A program made the translations under genes and the position numbers. Of a stretch of 64,000 nt of DNA, positions 26,360 to 38,956 are shown one piece after another (the stretch's first letter is position 1; each line of letters begins with the position of its first letter). Origin of the DNA: Octopus vulgaris (Eukaryota); assembly GCA_951406725.2 (NCBI GenBank), contig OX597831.1, positions 41,912,001 to 41,976,000 of the forward strand, read 5' to 3'. The notes beneath the pieces are model-generated. The model had not been told where the DNA came from and searched no databases. It was given only the letters and a program-made list of their open reading frames with translations.

Positions 26360-26740
26360 TCGTACCCCTCCACCACTTGTTAAAGAGGACAACAAACTTT
26401 AAGGCAAGGCAGATATCTCAAGACGTATACAATATTACTATTGTAAAAAACTCAAATTCTTACAGCTGTTTCTGGGATATCTCCAAGTATGGGATATCCT
26501 TGACGCCCTAGTAATCTGTTACAGCACATACCTAGTGTACCTAATCGTTTAGGTCACCTGTGAAGTAAACCCTCATACGTTTGTCTACATCATCGTAATC
26601 TAGCGGTTCGGTACAAGAGAATCAATAAAATAAGTGCAAGACCTATAAAAATAAGTACAATAGTAGTTGTTCCACTAAACCCTTCAAGGTGATGTCCCTT
26701 CATGTCTGTAGTCAAATGATTGAAACAAATAAAAGGTAAA
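26147..26740 (+). mobile_element. Old SINE S1 with internal insertion
   Basis: Head 26147-26280, (TG)n, foreign 26380-26570 containing tacagctgtttc, then tail. Confidence 0.65.
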
Positions 26741-27084
26741 AAGTAAGAGACTCTACACGAAATGTAAATAATAGTTAATTCAACAAACGACGCTATGCAA
26801 ATAAGCGATATCGAGTTTTAACGAAAGAAGAAAAGAATAGTTATCCGTTTATGTTATCTCTTTAAGCTGAATTTTTTGGTTCGTTATTTTTCTATCTACA
26901 ATCATCGTTCTCGTTGGCTGATTTGGTCTTGCAATGTTATTTAGAAAGCAACCAGTGAGAATGAATAAGCACACGGCAAAAAATACGAACTCTTTGAGTT
27001 GTGAGCATACATATAAGGAAAAATAGTTTCACTTGATGATCCTAGTGGCGTGAAACTCGAATGAGGAGAAAAATATATGAAGCT

Positions 27085-27166
<82 letters not shown>

Positions 27167-27342
27167 CGTTGGGTGCGGTATGTCTCTCATAAACACATAC
27201 TTGCAGTATACTACCAACAAACAACACCCAATGGTTGCTATATATTACCATAAACTCAGTGCTATGGTATCCAGCGAGTGCTGGCGACTTACTTGTTGAT
27301 ATGCCTAGAGTCTAATGAATCCTGTAACTAATTATATATATA

Positions 27343-27907
27343 TTGGGTTGTCCGGAAAGTTCGTACCGATTTTTAAAGGCGAGAAAAAAGTCAATAAATA
27401 CTTGCCATCACATTTTTAATCAACCAAATATGAACCATTTTGTTGCACAATGCGTCTCCATCTTTCCTCTAACTTGAAAATACCCTCTTCCCAGAATTGA
27501 GGTGGTTTCATGACAAAGAATTCATCAAGGTATCTTTTTACGTCATCCAAGGAATTGAAATTTTTACCATTAACACTATTCTTCAGATACCTGATAAGTG
27601 GAAATCCGAAGGAGCAATATCTAGTGAATATGGAGGGTAGGGTAACACATCCCAGCCGAGCTGCAGCAATTTTTGTCTGGTTCCCAAATCATAAAGTGCC
27701 GAAAATGAACTTACTTATCTTCCATTTCAAAGGGTTACAGAATTAACACAGGTTATAGGAGCATAAACCTTCTTCCACGAAAAGATAGCTTAAACTATGC
27801 TCTAAATGGAGATGTAGTCAAATCCTATTTTATGGACTCAACCATGTTCCAAAATAAGTCGAAAGGTAAGCTACTATAAATCGGCACGAACTTTCCGAAC
27901 AACACAA
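27343..27907 (-). mobile_element. Internally deleted mariner element
   Basis: TIRs ttgggttgtccggaaagttcgtaccgattt / aaatcggcacgaactttccgaacaacacaa flanked by TA; minus strand LLQLGWDVLPYPPYSLDIAPSDFHL...FWEEGIFKLEERWRRIVQQNGSY. Confidence 0.92.
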
Positions 27908-27908
27908 T

Positions 27909-27942
<34 letters not shown>

Positions 27943-27943
27943 A

Positions 27944-28148
27944 CGAGGGTGTGCTGAATAGTTCCTGGTTTTAAGGGTATCGCAAAAGGCCTGTTTGGAG
28001 GCCCAACCGTCCTGGGTTTTTTTTTTTACAGAGCTTCTTACAAAAACTGAAGGAGGGAAAAATCTGAGAGGGGAATATATTTAAATAAAATCATAATTAA
28101 CTGATCCTCCTGTATTTTCTTTTAACCAAAGCCAGGAACTTTTCAGTT
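27944..28148. mobile_element. Mariner-type MITE remnant
   Basis: TA-cgagggtgtgctgaatagttcctggtttt ... aaagccaggaacttttcag inverted ends; right end truncated. Confidence 0.6.
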
Positions 28149-28286
28149 CATATGCATATCAAATATGGTTTTTGGTTATTCTTTGTTATTGGCAAACTGT
28201 ACCCCTTGATTCATTTGAAACCCCACCACCACCAAAAAAGCATGCTCTTTGCTGAATATAGGACCAATGGATATTATGTCATACAT

Positions 28287-28612
28287 TAAAAGACTCCGCC
28301 GGTTACGACGACGAGGGTCCCAGCTGATACGATCAACGGAACAGCTTGCTCGTGAAATTAACGTGCAAATGGATGAGCATTCCACAGACACGTGTACCCT
28401 TAACGTAGTTCTCGGGGATAATCAGCGTGACACAGAGAGTGACAAGGCTGACCCTTTGAAATACAAGTACAACTCATTTTTGCCAGCTGAGTGGACTGGA
28501 GCAACGTGAAATAAAGTGTCTTGCTCAAGGACACAACGCGTCGCCGGGAATCGAACTCACAACCTTACGATCATGAGCCGAATGCCCTAACCACTAAGCC
28601 ACGCGCCCTCAC
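28287..28612 (-). mobile_element. tRNA-derived SINE family S4 (CORE-like body), 11-bp TSD
   Basis: Minus-strand head gtggcttagtggttagg..gagttcgattccc, then ttgtgtccttgagcaagacacttta; TSD atgtcatacat at 28276-28286 and 28613-28623. Confidence 0.9.
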
Positions 28613-29285
28613 ATGTCATACATAGAAGATACTCAATTGGCTTAAAAACTAGGGGTTAAATGCACGTGTATCTTAATACATCTTTACCACATGTCTCAGC
28701 GTAATAGATTAAAACAAATTACTCAATATTCTAGAATAGAGCTAAAGTAAATTAAATAGAAGTATATAAAAGGCAAAATACACAAAGAAGTATGCACATA
28801 TTATGTTGTGTCTGGGGAGAGACATATTGTCCTAATGCCTTATTAGGCGCATATTGTTCATACTTATTCATCTTCAGACTCATTTCCTCCGTCAGCCTTT
28901 CTAACTATAAAACTGTTGTAAATCTCAAGTGCCTGGTAAACACTCTTGACATCACAACTTCATTTTCAATCTAGGCTCCATCCAAAACTCAACGTCTCTC
29001 TCTCTCTCTCTCTCAATCAATCAGAAGGTAAACGAGATGAGCTGAGGAGAGAAAGGACTTTATTTACGAGAGTAGTGGCGGTCTTCAAATTCGCTCTTTC
29101 TCTCCCCTCCTTCTCTCTTTCTTTCATTCTCTTTCAATGAAAGTTTTACAAGCTGAGCTGAGGAAGGAAAGTACGTACTTCGTTTAGGAGTCAATGGCTA
29201 CAGAGCTCTTCCCTTTTGAAAAATATCTGTCTCATGTGCTTGTCTTACACTCCTGGTCTTTACCATCGTCCTCGTCGCCATCGTT

Positions 29286-29322
<37 letters not shown>

Positions 29323-29480
29323 ACAACAACAATATAACAATAACAAATATCATAAATGATGTGACACACAATGTCAAGCTCTGTCTGAATAGAGACATTT
29401 TGTTATTATAACCAGCAATTAATGGAAAGTAACAATTAAACACGTCCAGTAATTAGCAAAATAGCGGTGGCATTGTACAC

Positions 29481-30153
29481 ATGTATGTATGTATGTATGT
29501 ATGTATGTATGTATGTATGTATGTATGTATGTATGCATGCATGCATGTATGTCTGTTTGCATGCAGGCTTGTATGTATGTATGTATGTATGTATGTATGT
29601 ATGCTTGTATGTATGTATGTATGCTTGTATGTATGTATGTACTGTATGTATGTATGTACTGTATGTATGTATGCATGCTTGTATGTATGCATGTATGTAT
29701 GTATGTATGTATGTACTGTATGTATGTATGCATGCTTGTATGTATGCATGTATGCATGCATGCATGCTTGTATGTATGTATGTATGTATGTATGTATGTA
29801 TGTATGTATGTATGTATATATGTATGCTTGTATGTATGTATGTATGTATGTATGTATGCATGCAGGCTTGTATGTATGTATGTATGCATGCATGCAGGCT
29901 TGTATGTATGTATGTATGTATGTATGTATGTATGTATGTATGTATGCTTGTATGTATGTATGTATGTATGTATGTACGTATGTATGTATGTATGTATGTA
30001 TTGTATGTACGTATGTATGCTTGTATGTATGTATGGATGTATGTATGTATGTATGGATGGATGGATGTGTTTCTGTGTATATATCTCCTTTCTTCCTCCC
30101 ATACATACATTATTTTGCTCTTTTGGCCCTCTTTTCCACATTCTCACTCATTT

Positions 30154-30240
<87 letters not shown>
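29481..30240. repeat. Compound (TATG)n microsatellite of about 590 bp followed by (CT)n
   Basis: Direct reading; source of the six long low-complexity ORFs. Confidence 0.97.
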
Positions 30241-30244
<4 letters not shown>

Positions 30245-31262
30245 CAACAGTGTGCCATCGTTTCGACAATTGTATATCTATCTATAAAATTACATGACAA
30301 AGATAAGTGATATTTAAAACTGAGTTGTTTCAGTGCGAGTGTTTATATATTTATGCATGCGTCTGTGCGTGTAATGCAAGTGAGTCTGCATATCTGCCTG
30401 TGCATATATATATATATACAAATGTGTACGCGTAAGTATAAATGTGCCAATATGCCTATGTGTGAAGGTGCCTCTCTAGATGTGCGTGTATGTGTGTGTG
30501 TGTTAGTGTGTGTGTGGTTGTGGGGTATATGTTTTTTTGTTATATGTCCAGAGCTTGTACTTTTGTATGAATATTTTATGCCTATGTGTGTGCGTACGTG
30601 CGTGCACGCGTCCATATCAGTATCTTCTAAATGTTTCGCAATATCGGAATAAAATACTTCGTTCTAAACGTAATGTTGCTGATGTTGATATTGTTGTCGT
30701 TGTTCTTGGTGGTGGTCGTAGCAGTGATGTTGCAGTTAAGATTTCATTACAATATCATCGCCTCCTTTTCTCTCTATGTGTTTGTGTTTGTGTGTGTGTA
30801 TAAATTGTAGCTGTTTTTGTTTTTTTTTTGTTTTTTTTATAGTTTTTTCTTATTTTTCTCTCTATTTTTGGATTCTGGAGATATTGATGAGGTGCAATGA
30901 GGGTATTGGTGAGGGTAGAAAGTAGTGCGGTTTTGTATTACTGTTCAATAATCTCTCAAAAATGTTTCTGTTAGCAGAAGTGTGTATGTGCGTGTGTGTG
31001 TATGTGTGTGTGAGTGCGCGTGCGTAAGCATGCTACTGGACAGGAAAGAAATATAATCTCGATCATTGCTACCACCACCACCACCACCACCACCACCGTC
31101 GCCGCCACCACCACTACTATCTTCTACATAATCCCTATCGCCAATATCATGGAATTACTCATCGTCACTATAGTCATCACTACCATAAGCATCATCATTA
31201 TCATCTACATCATTATCTACATCCAATTTATCATCGCTACTACTGTCATCACGATTAGCATT

Positions 31263-31326
<64 letters not shown>

Positions 31327-31328
<2 letters not shown>

Positions 31329-31884
31329 TGCCCTGATGCAGTGCCAGGCAGTGGCTCTCATGGCTTCTGATCTTAAGTGATTGGAAGTGTTATCATGTAC
31401 ATAGTTTTGTCTTGGTATAAAAGATGTGCTACAGCAAATATTCTGCTCAATACCACAGATTTGATTGTCAGTTGTTTGACATTAACCAGTTGACCATGTC
31501 CCTTAGTGGCTGATGATGTGTGCATCTCTGACCACGAGCAAAAGTAGTGGGGGGAGCATCATAGCCATGTGTTCAGAGGGATTCTTTGGGATTTGAATAA
31601 TTCACGTCTGGAAACATGGATGTATCGTTCAACATCCTTAAACAACCCTTATTCAGGGACCTTTTGAGCGGGATGGGTTACTCGACCAGAAGAAAATTCT
31701 AACTGGGCCCCTCTTGCTAGGTCGTGCGCTGTTTATCTTGATATGCGATCACCATGTCGCGCATACATGGTTGTGATGCATGTGCCTAGTGTACCCTTAT
31801 CAGACGGGTAGTCATGATGGGTATATTGGGCTTCGTATATTTTACCCCAGTGTCACTTTGATGGCATGAACTGCTCTCTCACTC

Positions 31885-31885
<1 letters not shown>
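31327..31885 (+). mobile_element. Insertion of about 560 bp inside a (TAA)n tract, probable R4/Dong-type retroelement 3' region
   Basis: Complex sequence cleanly bounded by (TAA)n at 31268-31326 and 31886-31984; Dong elements are known TAA-repeat targeters. No coding motif seen, so the family call is an inference. Confidence 0.5.
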
Positions 31886-31978
<93 letters not shown>

Positions 31979-32371
31979 TAATAAGTTTTCAAATTTTGGT
32001 ACAAGGCAAGCAGCTTCTGGTGAGAGATTAAGTCGATTAAATCGACCCAGTACTCAACTGGTACTTATTTTATCAACCCCGGAAAGATGAAAGGCAAAGT
32101 CGACCTCGGAGAAATTTGAACTCAGAACATAGCAAAGAAACACAAAATCCAGTTAAGCATTTTGCCCGGCGTGCTAACAATTCTGCCAGCTCGCTGCCTA
32201 TGATGATAATAATTATAGCAATAATGATCCTTTCTACTAAAGGCACAAGGCCTGAAATTCTAGGGGAGGACCACCCCAGAGTTTCACCGGTACTTCATTT
32301 ATCGACTCCGAAAAGATGAAATGTACAGTCAACCTCGGCGGAATTTCGCCCGGCGTGCGAATTGAGGGAGG

Positions 32372-32545
32372 TTGTATGTGTGGTATATATTGACCAATGC
32401 ATGTACTGTGCTGTCCTGTCATAGTCTTTGTGAATACACTGTTGTTGCAAGTCGGCTGCATCCCGAGATTATGCGATCGATTGTCTCTGGAGGTTTCTGC
32501 ATGCGCGGCACGATGGGCCGCATTCATATTCAAGAACATTACGCT
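32372..32545 (-). mobile_element. R4/Dong-like (restriction-like endonuclease) LINE fragment, zinc-knuckle region
   Basis: Across two frameshifts: CRAC/PETIDRIISGCSRLATTVYSQR/YDRTAQYMHWSI, matching the CxxC..ETIxHIISGC..L...Y..RHD......HW motif. Confidence 0.8.
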
Positions 32546-32713
32546 GGTAATTAACTTTTAGATGGACCCCAGTGCTTTCATCGAGCCCAAGTATTTCACT
32601 GCTAGTCGATTCATCAACTCCGAAAGGATGAAAGACAGACCCGACCTCAGAACGGGAAGAAATACCGTTTCGCATTTTGTCCGATTCTAAACAGCTACCT
32701 TAATAATATTAAT

Positions 32714-33068
32714 AACAAGAGCACTCAGAGAGCACAAACCTCCGCCAAGGCAACACCAACGTCCTCTCAACGATTAGCCAGAGATGATTTTTGAAATGAG
32801 GAGATCTGAAATAAACTGGATTTCTCTCAAAAACGAGAATACTAAAAATGAACCTGAACGCTCTCAAAAATTAAGTACAAAAACAGGAAAAATAATCCAG
32901 AATCCTTGTCCGGTACCAAAATCTAACCAGTTCGTGCCAATCACGAGGCCAAGCATCCCTAAAAGTTTCATTCGAATCCATCCAGCGGTTCTTGAGATAT
33001 CTTGTTCACAGACGAACAAACAAACACGACTGAAAACAATACCTCCGCCTTCGCTATGGTGGAGGTAA
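32714..33068. mobile_element. Helentron-associated non-autonomous element (HINE/DINE-1-like)
   Basis: Begins aacaagag, subterminal acctccgcc, (acaa)n tract and terminal hairpin tacctccgcc ttcgctat ggtggaggta. Confidence 0.8.
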
Positions 33069-34249
33069 TAATCTTTTCTACAAAAGGCATAAGGCCTGAA
33101 ATTTTGGAGGTGGGGACTAGTCGACCTCAGTGTTCAACTGGTATTTATTTTATCAACACCCGAAAGGATGAAAGACAAAAATCGACCTCAGTGGAATTTG
33201 AACCCAGACTGTAAAGGGATAGAAAAACGCCGCTAAGCATTTTATCCAGCATGCTAACAGATCATCACTTTCATAATAATAATGATCGTTTCTATTATAG
33301 GCACAAGACCTATAATCTTTTATGTTATAGGCATAAGTCCTGAAATTTGTGAAGAAGAGTAGAGTAGATCACATCGACTCCAGTATTTGACTGGTACTTA
33401 TTTTATCGACCCCGGTATTTGACTGGTACTTATTTTATCGACCCCGAAAGGATGAAAGGCAAAGTCGACCTCGGCGGAATTGGAACTCATAACGTAAAGA
33501 CGGGTGAAATGCCGCTAAGCACTTTGTCCAGCATGCTAACGATTCTTTTCTACTCTAGGCACAAGGCCCGTAACCTTTGGGGAAGAGGCCAGTCGATTAG
33601 ATCGACCTCAGTACGTAACTGGTACTTAATTTATCGACCCCGAAAGGATGAAAGGCAAAGTCGACCACGGCGGAGTTTGAACTCAGAATGTAAAGACATG
33701 AAAGACCTATTTCTTTACTACCCACAAGGGGCTAAACACAGAGGGGACAAACAAAGACAGACAAACGGCTTAAGTCGACTTAAGCATTTCGCCCGGCGTG
33801 CTAACGTTTCTGCCAGCTCGCTAAGAGACTAGTTGAAAGAGGTTTGAGATCCTGTGTACACTCGCAAAGACAAATAACCATGGCTTTGATCATGGGTCAG
33901 CTCAGTCGGGATTGACATGAGACTAAACAACAAGTCCTCTCCCATCACTATTATCACCACCACCATCATCATCATCATTATCACCATCCTCTTCACCAAA
34001 ATCATCATCATTATCATTACTATCCTCTTCATCAAAAATCCTCATCATAATCACCAATACCACCACAATCACTAAAACCATCACCACTACCATTATCATC
34101 ATCATCGTACCATCATCCATTGTCGCAGTGTTTATTACAAGACTGAACAGAAGTCATTTAAAATCTACAATCAATAATACTGAGAGCAGCTTATGAATCC
34201 CAAATGACTGAAATCCTATCTAGATCCACAGGAATACTTGAACACCAGA

Positions 34250-34250
34250 A

Positions 34251-34304
<54 letters not shown>

Positions 34305-35610
34305 GGTGGTGGTGGTGTCATAGAAGTGATTGTAGTAGTAGTAGTGGTGGTGGCACAGAAGTGGTTATAGTAGTAGTAGTAGTGGAGGTGGTGGCATAGT
34401 AGAAGTAGTTGTAGTAGTGGTGGTGGTATGGTAGAAGTGGTTGTGGTAGTGTTGGTGGTTGCATGGTAGACATGGTTGTAGTAGCAGTAGTGGTGGTGGT
34501 AGCATGGTAGAAATGGTTGTAGTAACAGTAGTGGTGGTGGTTGCATGGTAGACGTAGTTGTAGTAGCAGTAGTGGTGGTGGTGGCATGGTAGAAGTGGTT
34601 GTAGTAGCAGCAGTAGTAGTGGTGGTGGTGGCATGGTAGAAGTGGTTGTAGTAGTAGTGGTGGTGGTGGCACAGAAGTGGTTATAGTAGTAGTAGTGGTG
34701 GTGGTGGCTTAGTAGAAGTAGTTGTGGTGGCATGGTAGACGTGGTTGTAGTAGTAGTAGTGGTGGTGGCTTAGTAGAAGTAGTTGTGGTGGCATGGTAGA
34801 AGTGGTTGTGGTCGTGTTGGTGGTTGCATGGTAGACATGGTTGTAGTAGCAGTAGTGGTGGTGGTAGCATGGTAGAAATGGTTGTAGTAACAGTAGTGGT
34901 GGTGGTGGCATGGTAGACGTGGTTGTAGTAGCAGTAGTGGTGGTGGTGGCTTGGTAGAAGTGGTTGTAGTAGCAGCAGTAGTAGTGGTGGTGGTGGTGGT
35001 AGCATGGTAGGAGTGGTTGTAGTAGTAGTAGTGATGGTGGCACAGAAGTGGTTATAGTAGTAGTAGTGGTGGTGGTGGCTTAGTAGAAGTAGTTGTGGTG
35101 GCATGGTAGAGGTGGTTGTGGTAGTGTTGGTGGTTGCATGGTAGACATGGTTGTAGTAGCAGTAGTGGTGGTGGTAGCATGGTAGAAATGGTTGTAGTAA
35201 CAATAGTGGTGGTGGTGGCATGGTAGACGTGGTTGTAGTAGCAGTAGTGGTGGTGGTGGCATGGTAGAAGTGGTTGTAGTAGTAGTAGTGATGGTGGAAC
35301 AGAAGTGGTTATAGTAGTAGTAGTGGTGGTGGTGGCTTAGTAGAAGTAGTTGTGGTGGCATGGTAGAAGTGATTGTGATAGTGTTGGTGGTTGCAGGGTA
35401 GACATGGTTGTAGTAGCAGTAGTGGTGGTGGTGGCATGGTAGACGTGGTTGTAGTAGCAGTAGTGGTGGTGGTGGCATGGTAGAAGTGGTTGTAGTATCA
35501 GCATTAGTAGTGGTGATGGTGGTGGCATGGTAGAAGTGGTTGTAGTAGCAGTAGTAGTGATGGTGGTAGTAGTAGTAGCAGCAGCAGCGACGACGATGGC
35601 GGTGGTGCTA
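34250..35610. repeat. GTA/GTG-derived minisatellite (about 40-bp unit) with higher-order blocks
   Basis: Unit like gcatggtagaagtggttgtagtagcagtagtggtggtggtg; rarer variants recur every 250-370 bp. Confidence 0.92.
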
Positions 35611-35936
35611 GTGGGAGTGGTGATATTAGATTCCAGTGATATTTGAACTCGAAACAGTTGGAGATAGTAGCATTGTTAGTAATTAGCCTTCGCATAATTA
35701 TAACCGCTGCCATCACCACCACCACTACCACCTAATCATTTGTTATAATTAGCAACCAAATCTTCATCAGACTAAGGAAAGGAAGGGCTGTGTAGTCCTT
35801 GTTTAGCACAAAAAATAAATAAATAAAATAAAATAACAAGGTTGGGTAGTCACGGCTTGAATCTCTTTGACCACAGTTGCTGACCATGGGACTAAACAAT
35901 ATCAATAAAATAACAATTATCAACAACAATCGATGT

Positions 35937-36420
35937 TACACCACCACCACCATCACAACTACCACCACCATCACAACCACCACCATCATCGCAACCACTA
36001 CCACCATCACAACCACCACCACCATCACAACCACCACCACCATCACAACCACCAAACCACCATCACAAACACCACCATCATCACAATCACCAAACCACCA
36101 TCACAACCACCACCATCACAACCACCACCATCATCACAATCACCAAACCACCATCACAACCACTACCACCATCACAACCACCAAACCACCACCACCATCA
36201 CAACCACCACCACCATCACAACCACCACCACCATCATAACCACTACCATCATCACAATCACCAAACCACCATCACAACCACCACCACCACCATCACAACC
36301 ACCACCATCATCACAATCACCAAACCACCACCACCATCACAATCACCAAACCACCACCACCACCACCACCACCATCACAACCACCACCACCACCACCGTC
36401 ACCAACACCGCAACCATGAC
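35937..36420. repeat. (ACC)-derived minisatellite accaccatcaca
   Basis: Direct reading. Confidence 0.92.
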
Positions 36421-37276
36421 CGACACCACTAGAGTCATTACATTTTCCGTTGTTGTCATCACTATCATTATTGTCGTCATTATCATCATCATCGCCGTCC
36501 ATTAACGTTATTACAAAACGCTACAGCTCATTATCTTTATAATTATTGCTTAGGAAGAGACGACACCAAAAAAGAGGAGGGAGTAAAAAAAATACGACAA
36601 TGATTTGGAATAGGGTTGGGAGAAAGAAGAAGGGTGGGGTGAAATGGAATAAAGAAAAAGAAAAAAAAAGCAATAAGAACGATGTGGGCACTGTCCATGG
36701 TGGTGGTGGTTGTGAGGAAGGGGTCTTGAAGTCACGATGAAAACAGCTTAATACTTTCATAATGATAACAATTACTCATTTTAACTCAGCCTTTATCATA
36801 TATAGGATCAATTAGTTAAATAAATAAATGTGCCAAGAAATGACACACCCTTTCTCATTTAGATAGATTAATCAGCTTAATTGACCGGACATTGGGACAT
36901 CATCAGTGATATGCCAAATAGATAACGATGTTTGTTTGTCTCATTAAGCAGTTCATTTTTTTTTTTTCTCCATAATTTAATCAGGAGGATGAGGAAAGTG
37001 TCCATGATCTATCTTCGCAGACTATCCGAGATTGGTAAATAATGTTACGATTGATGAAAGAAAAATGAACGTATGAGATACGGCAAATTAATGTCTCGTT
37101 TAGTCAAGATTAGCTCAGACGGGAGTTGACAACGATCGATTCTGCTCTGCCTGAGTTCTGTGCAAAGAGAAAAGTGAGTAGTGAGTACTCAGATGTTTTG
37201 GCTGCAATCAGCCAAAATACAAGGCCGGACAGCTTCCAGTTCCAATTTAGACACTACCTGAAGAAGGTTACTGTTC

Positions 37277-37492
37277 GATGTCACTTCAACGTGCGGTTTA
37301 CCTGGCCACTTGTACTTTAGTGTGCAGTCTAACTCTGACCCTAACCTAAACTAACCTTAAGCTCTAAACTCTAACCTTAAATCTAAACTTAAACCCTAAC
37401 CCTAAACTTAAACTCTAACCTTAACCCTAAACCCAACGCAGATCAGGTTATTTCACAGCGTAGACTAATAAACTGCACGCTAAAGTAGCACC
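37277..37492. mobile_element. Old telomere-repeat MITE, family C
   Basis: Ends gatgtcacttcaacgtgcggttt / aaactgcacgctaaagtagcacc; TSD tactgttc/tagtgctc (6 of 8); about 100 bp of degenerate (CCCTAA)n at 37330-37435. Confidence 0.65.
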
Positions 37493-37983
37493 TAGTGCTC
37501 TCTCAGTAGCCAAATGTGAAAACAATGAATGATCAAAGCTTCAGCTGGTTTCACGACAGTTACTGCATTAGCCGTCTTCTGACTTGCTGCAAGAGGAGCG
37601 ATCGATAAAGATCAATGCAAAGTAAAAAGCAGCGAAAATTGAACGGTAATAAAAAATATAACCAAATGAAACTATGTTACGCACGATGTGAGTTGGCAAA
37701 ACGGACTGACAGAAACGTACTTCACATGCATGCCGAAATAGGACCACATTTTATAATGTGGTTCATTTTAAGTGTGATTTCAGGAAAAATTTGACTTCTG
37801 TTTCTAACAAGCAGGTCGAACTACTACCTAAAGGTGCCACTGCTAAGTGGTGGTGACAGAGGTAATACTACATAGTATCGACGGGTTGTGTGTTAAGTCG
37901 GTTTTACTCACAGAAGCTGTGTTGTTAATGTCTATGTAGGCGACAGGTTGTAATGGAGGTGGTTGCTTTAGTGGTGGCGATGG

Positions 37984-38015
<32 letters not shown>

Positions 38016-38524
38016 AGGACGAGGAGGAGGAGAAGAACTATTCTGCTTTGTGTTTCTTATAACATTTTTACTATATATTATGTTATTACATTCAGAAGTT
38101 AGGGAGTGTCATTATTGCAATAATTGCTGTTTGTCGGCAGATTCCTATCAATCCACTGTAAACATTCGCGCACGCACGCACACACACACCTACACACACA
38201 CACACACCTACACACACATACGTATGTGTGTGTGGGAGTGCGTGTCTGTGCACAAATATGTTTTTTTTTTTTATTTCCCTTTTGTCGGCAATTACACGAA
38301 TTAGTAAACCTCCAAATTATTGTTGTCGCCACTGAAATTCCTGTCCGCTCCTCTTCATATAATCCCAATTAAGGACACAAAACGCTTCCTTTCCTCCAAG
38401 ATAAGCACAATAGTTTTGGTGAATTTAAAGAATGGAATTTACAGCGTGTTCTTTTGTTTACAGTTTTATTTTTTGTCTTCTTACAAAATCGATTCTACGT
38501 AGATCAGTGGTTACAACCATTTTC

Positions 38525-38956
38525 GGATCTTTTCGGTTTGACCGGCAGTTTTTTCTTGCGGTGTCATATGAAATTGTCACCCATAACTATGAACCTAGAA
38601 TTGATCTATTGCATTTCAATCTGTTTTAGAGTTAGGGTTAGTTAGGGTTAGGATTAGGGGTGGGGGGAAGGGTATCTTTTTTCTTCAGAAATGTAAATAA
38701 ACCCAATCTGTTTCTTAAACGAGGGACATATTCATACGGCACAGAATGTTTTCACCTCAATAGACGTCATTGATTGGTTGAAATTGCAGAAATTGAAGAA
38801 AAAAAACAACAAATATCTTACAAACTATAGAATTTTCTCAATAAAGCCAAGAGAAAAAGATGTTTTATAAACATATCCTACCAGTATACGAAGTTTAAAA
38901 GTGTTTAGTTACGTGGAAATTATTTTTAAAAACTGCCGGTCAAACCGAAAAGATCC
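38525..38956 (+). mobile_element. Telomere-repeat MITE, family B copy 2
   Basis: TIR ggatcttttcggtttgaccggcagtttt / aaaactgccggtcaaaccgaaaagatcc; TSD ccattttc/ctattttc. Confidence 0.92.

Larger units (their letters stand above)
31985..33822 (-). mobile_element. Nested cluster of S2-type SINE copies and fragments
   Basis: Repeated gaaaggatgaaaggcaaagtcgacctcggcggaatttgaactcag segments near 32080, 32310, 32620, 33160, 33445, 33640. Confidence 0.85.

Noticed and set aside
29419-30310. Six overlapping ORFs of 217-276 aa (YIHT/MYVC repeats)
   Set aside because: Translation of the (TATG)n microsatellite, which lacks stops in all frames.
34220-36505. Mucin-like Thr/Pro/His-rich ORFs
   Set aside because: The unit of about 40 bp is not a multiple of three and the same motifs rotate through all frames; no signal peptide or clear splice context.
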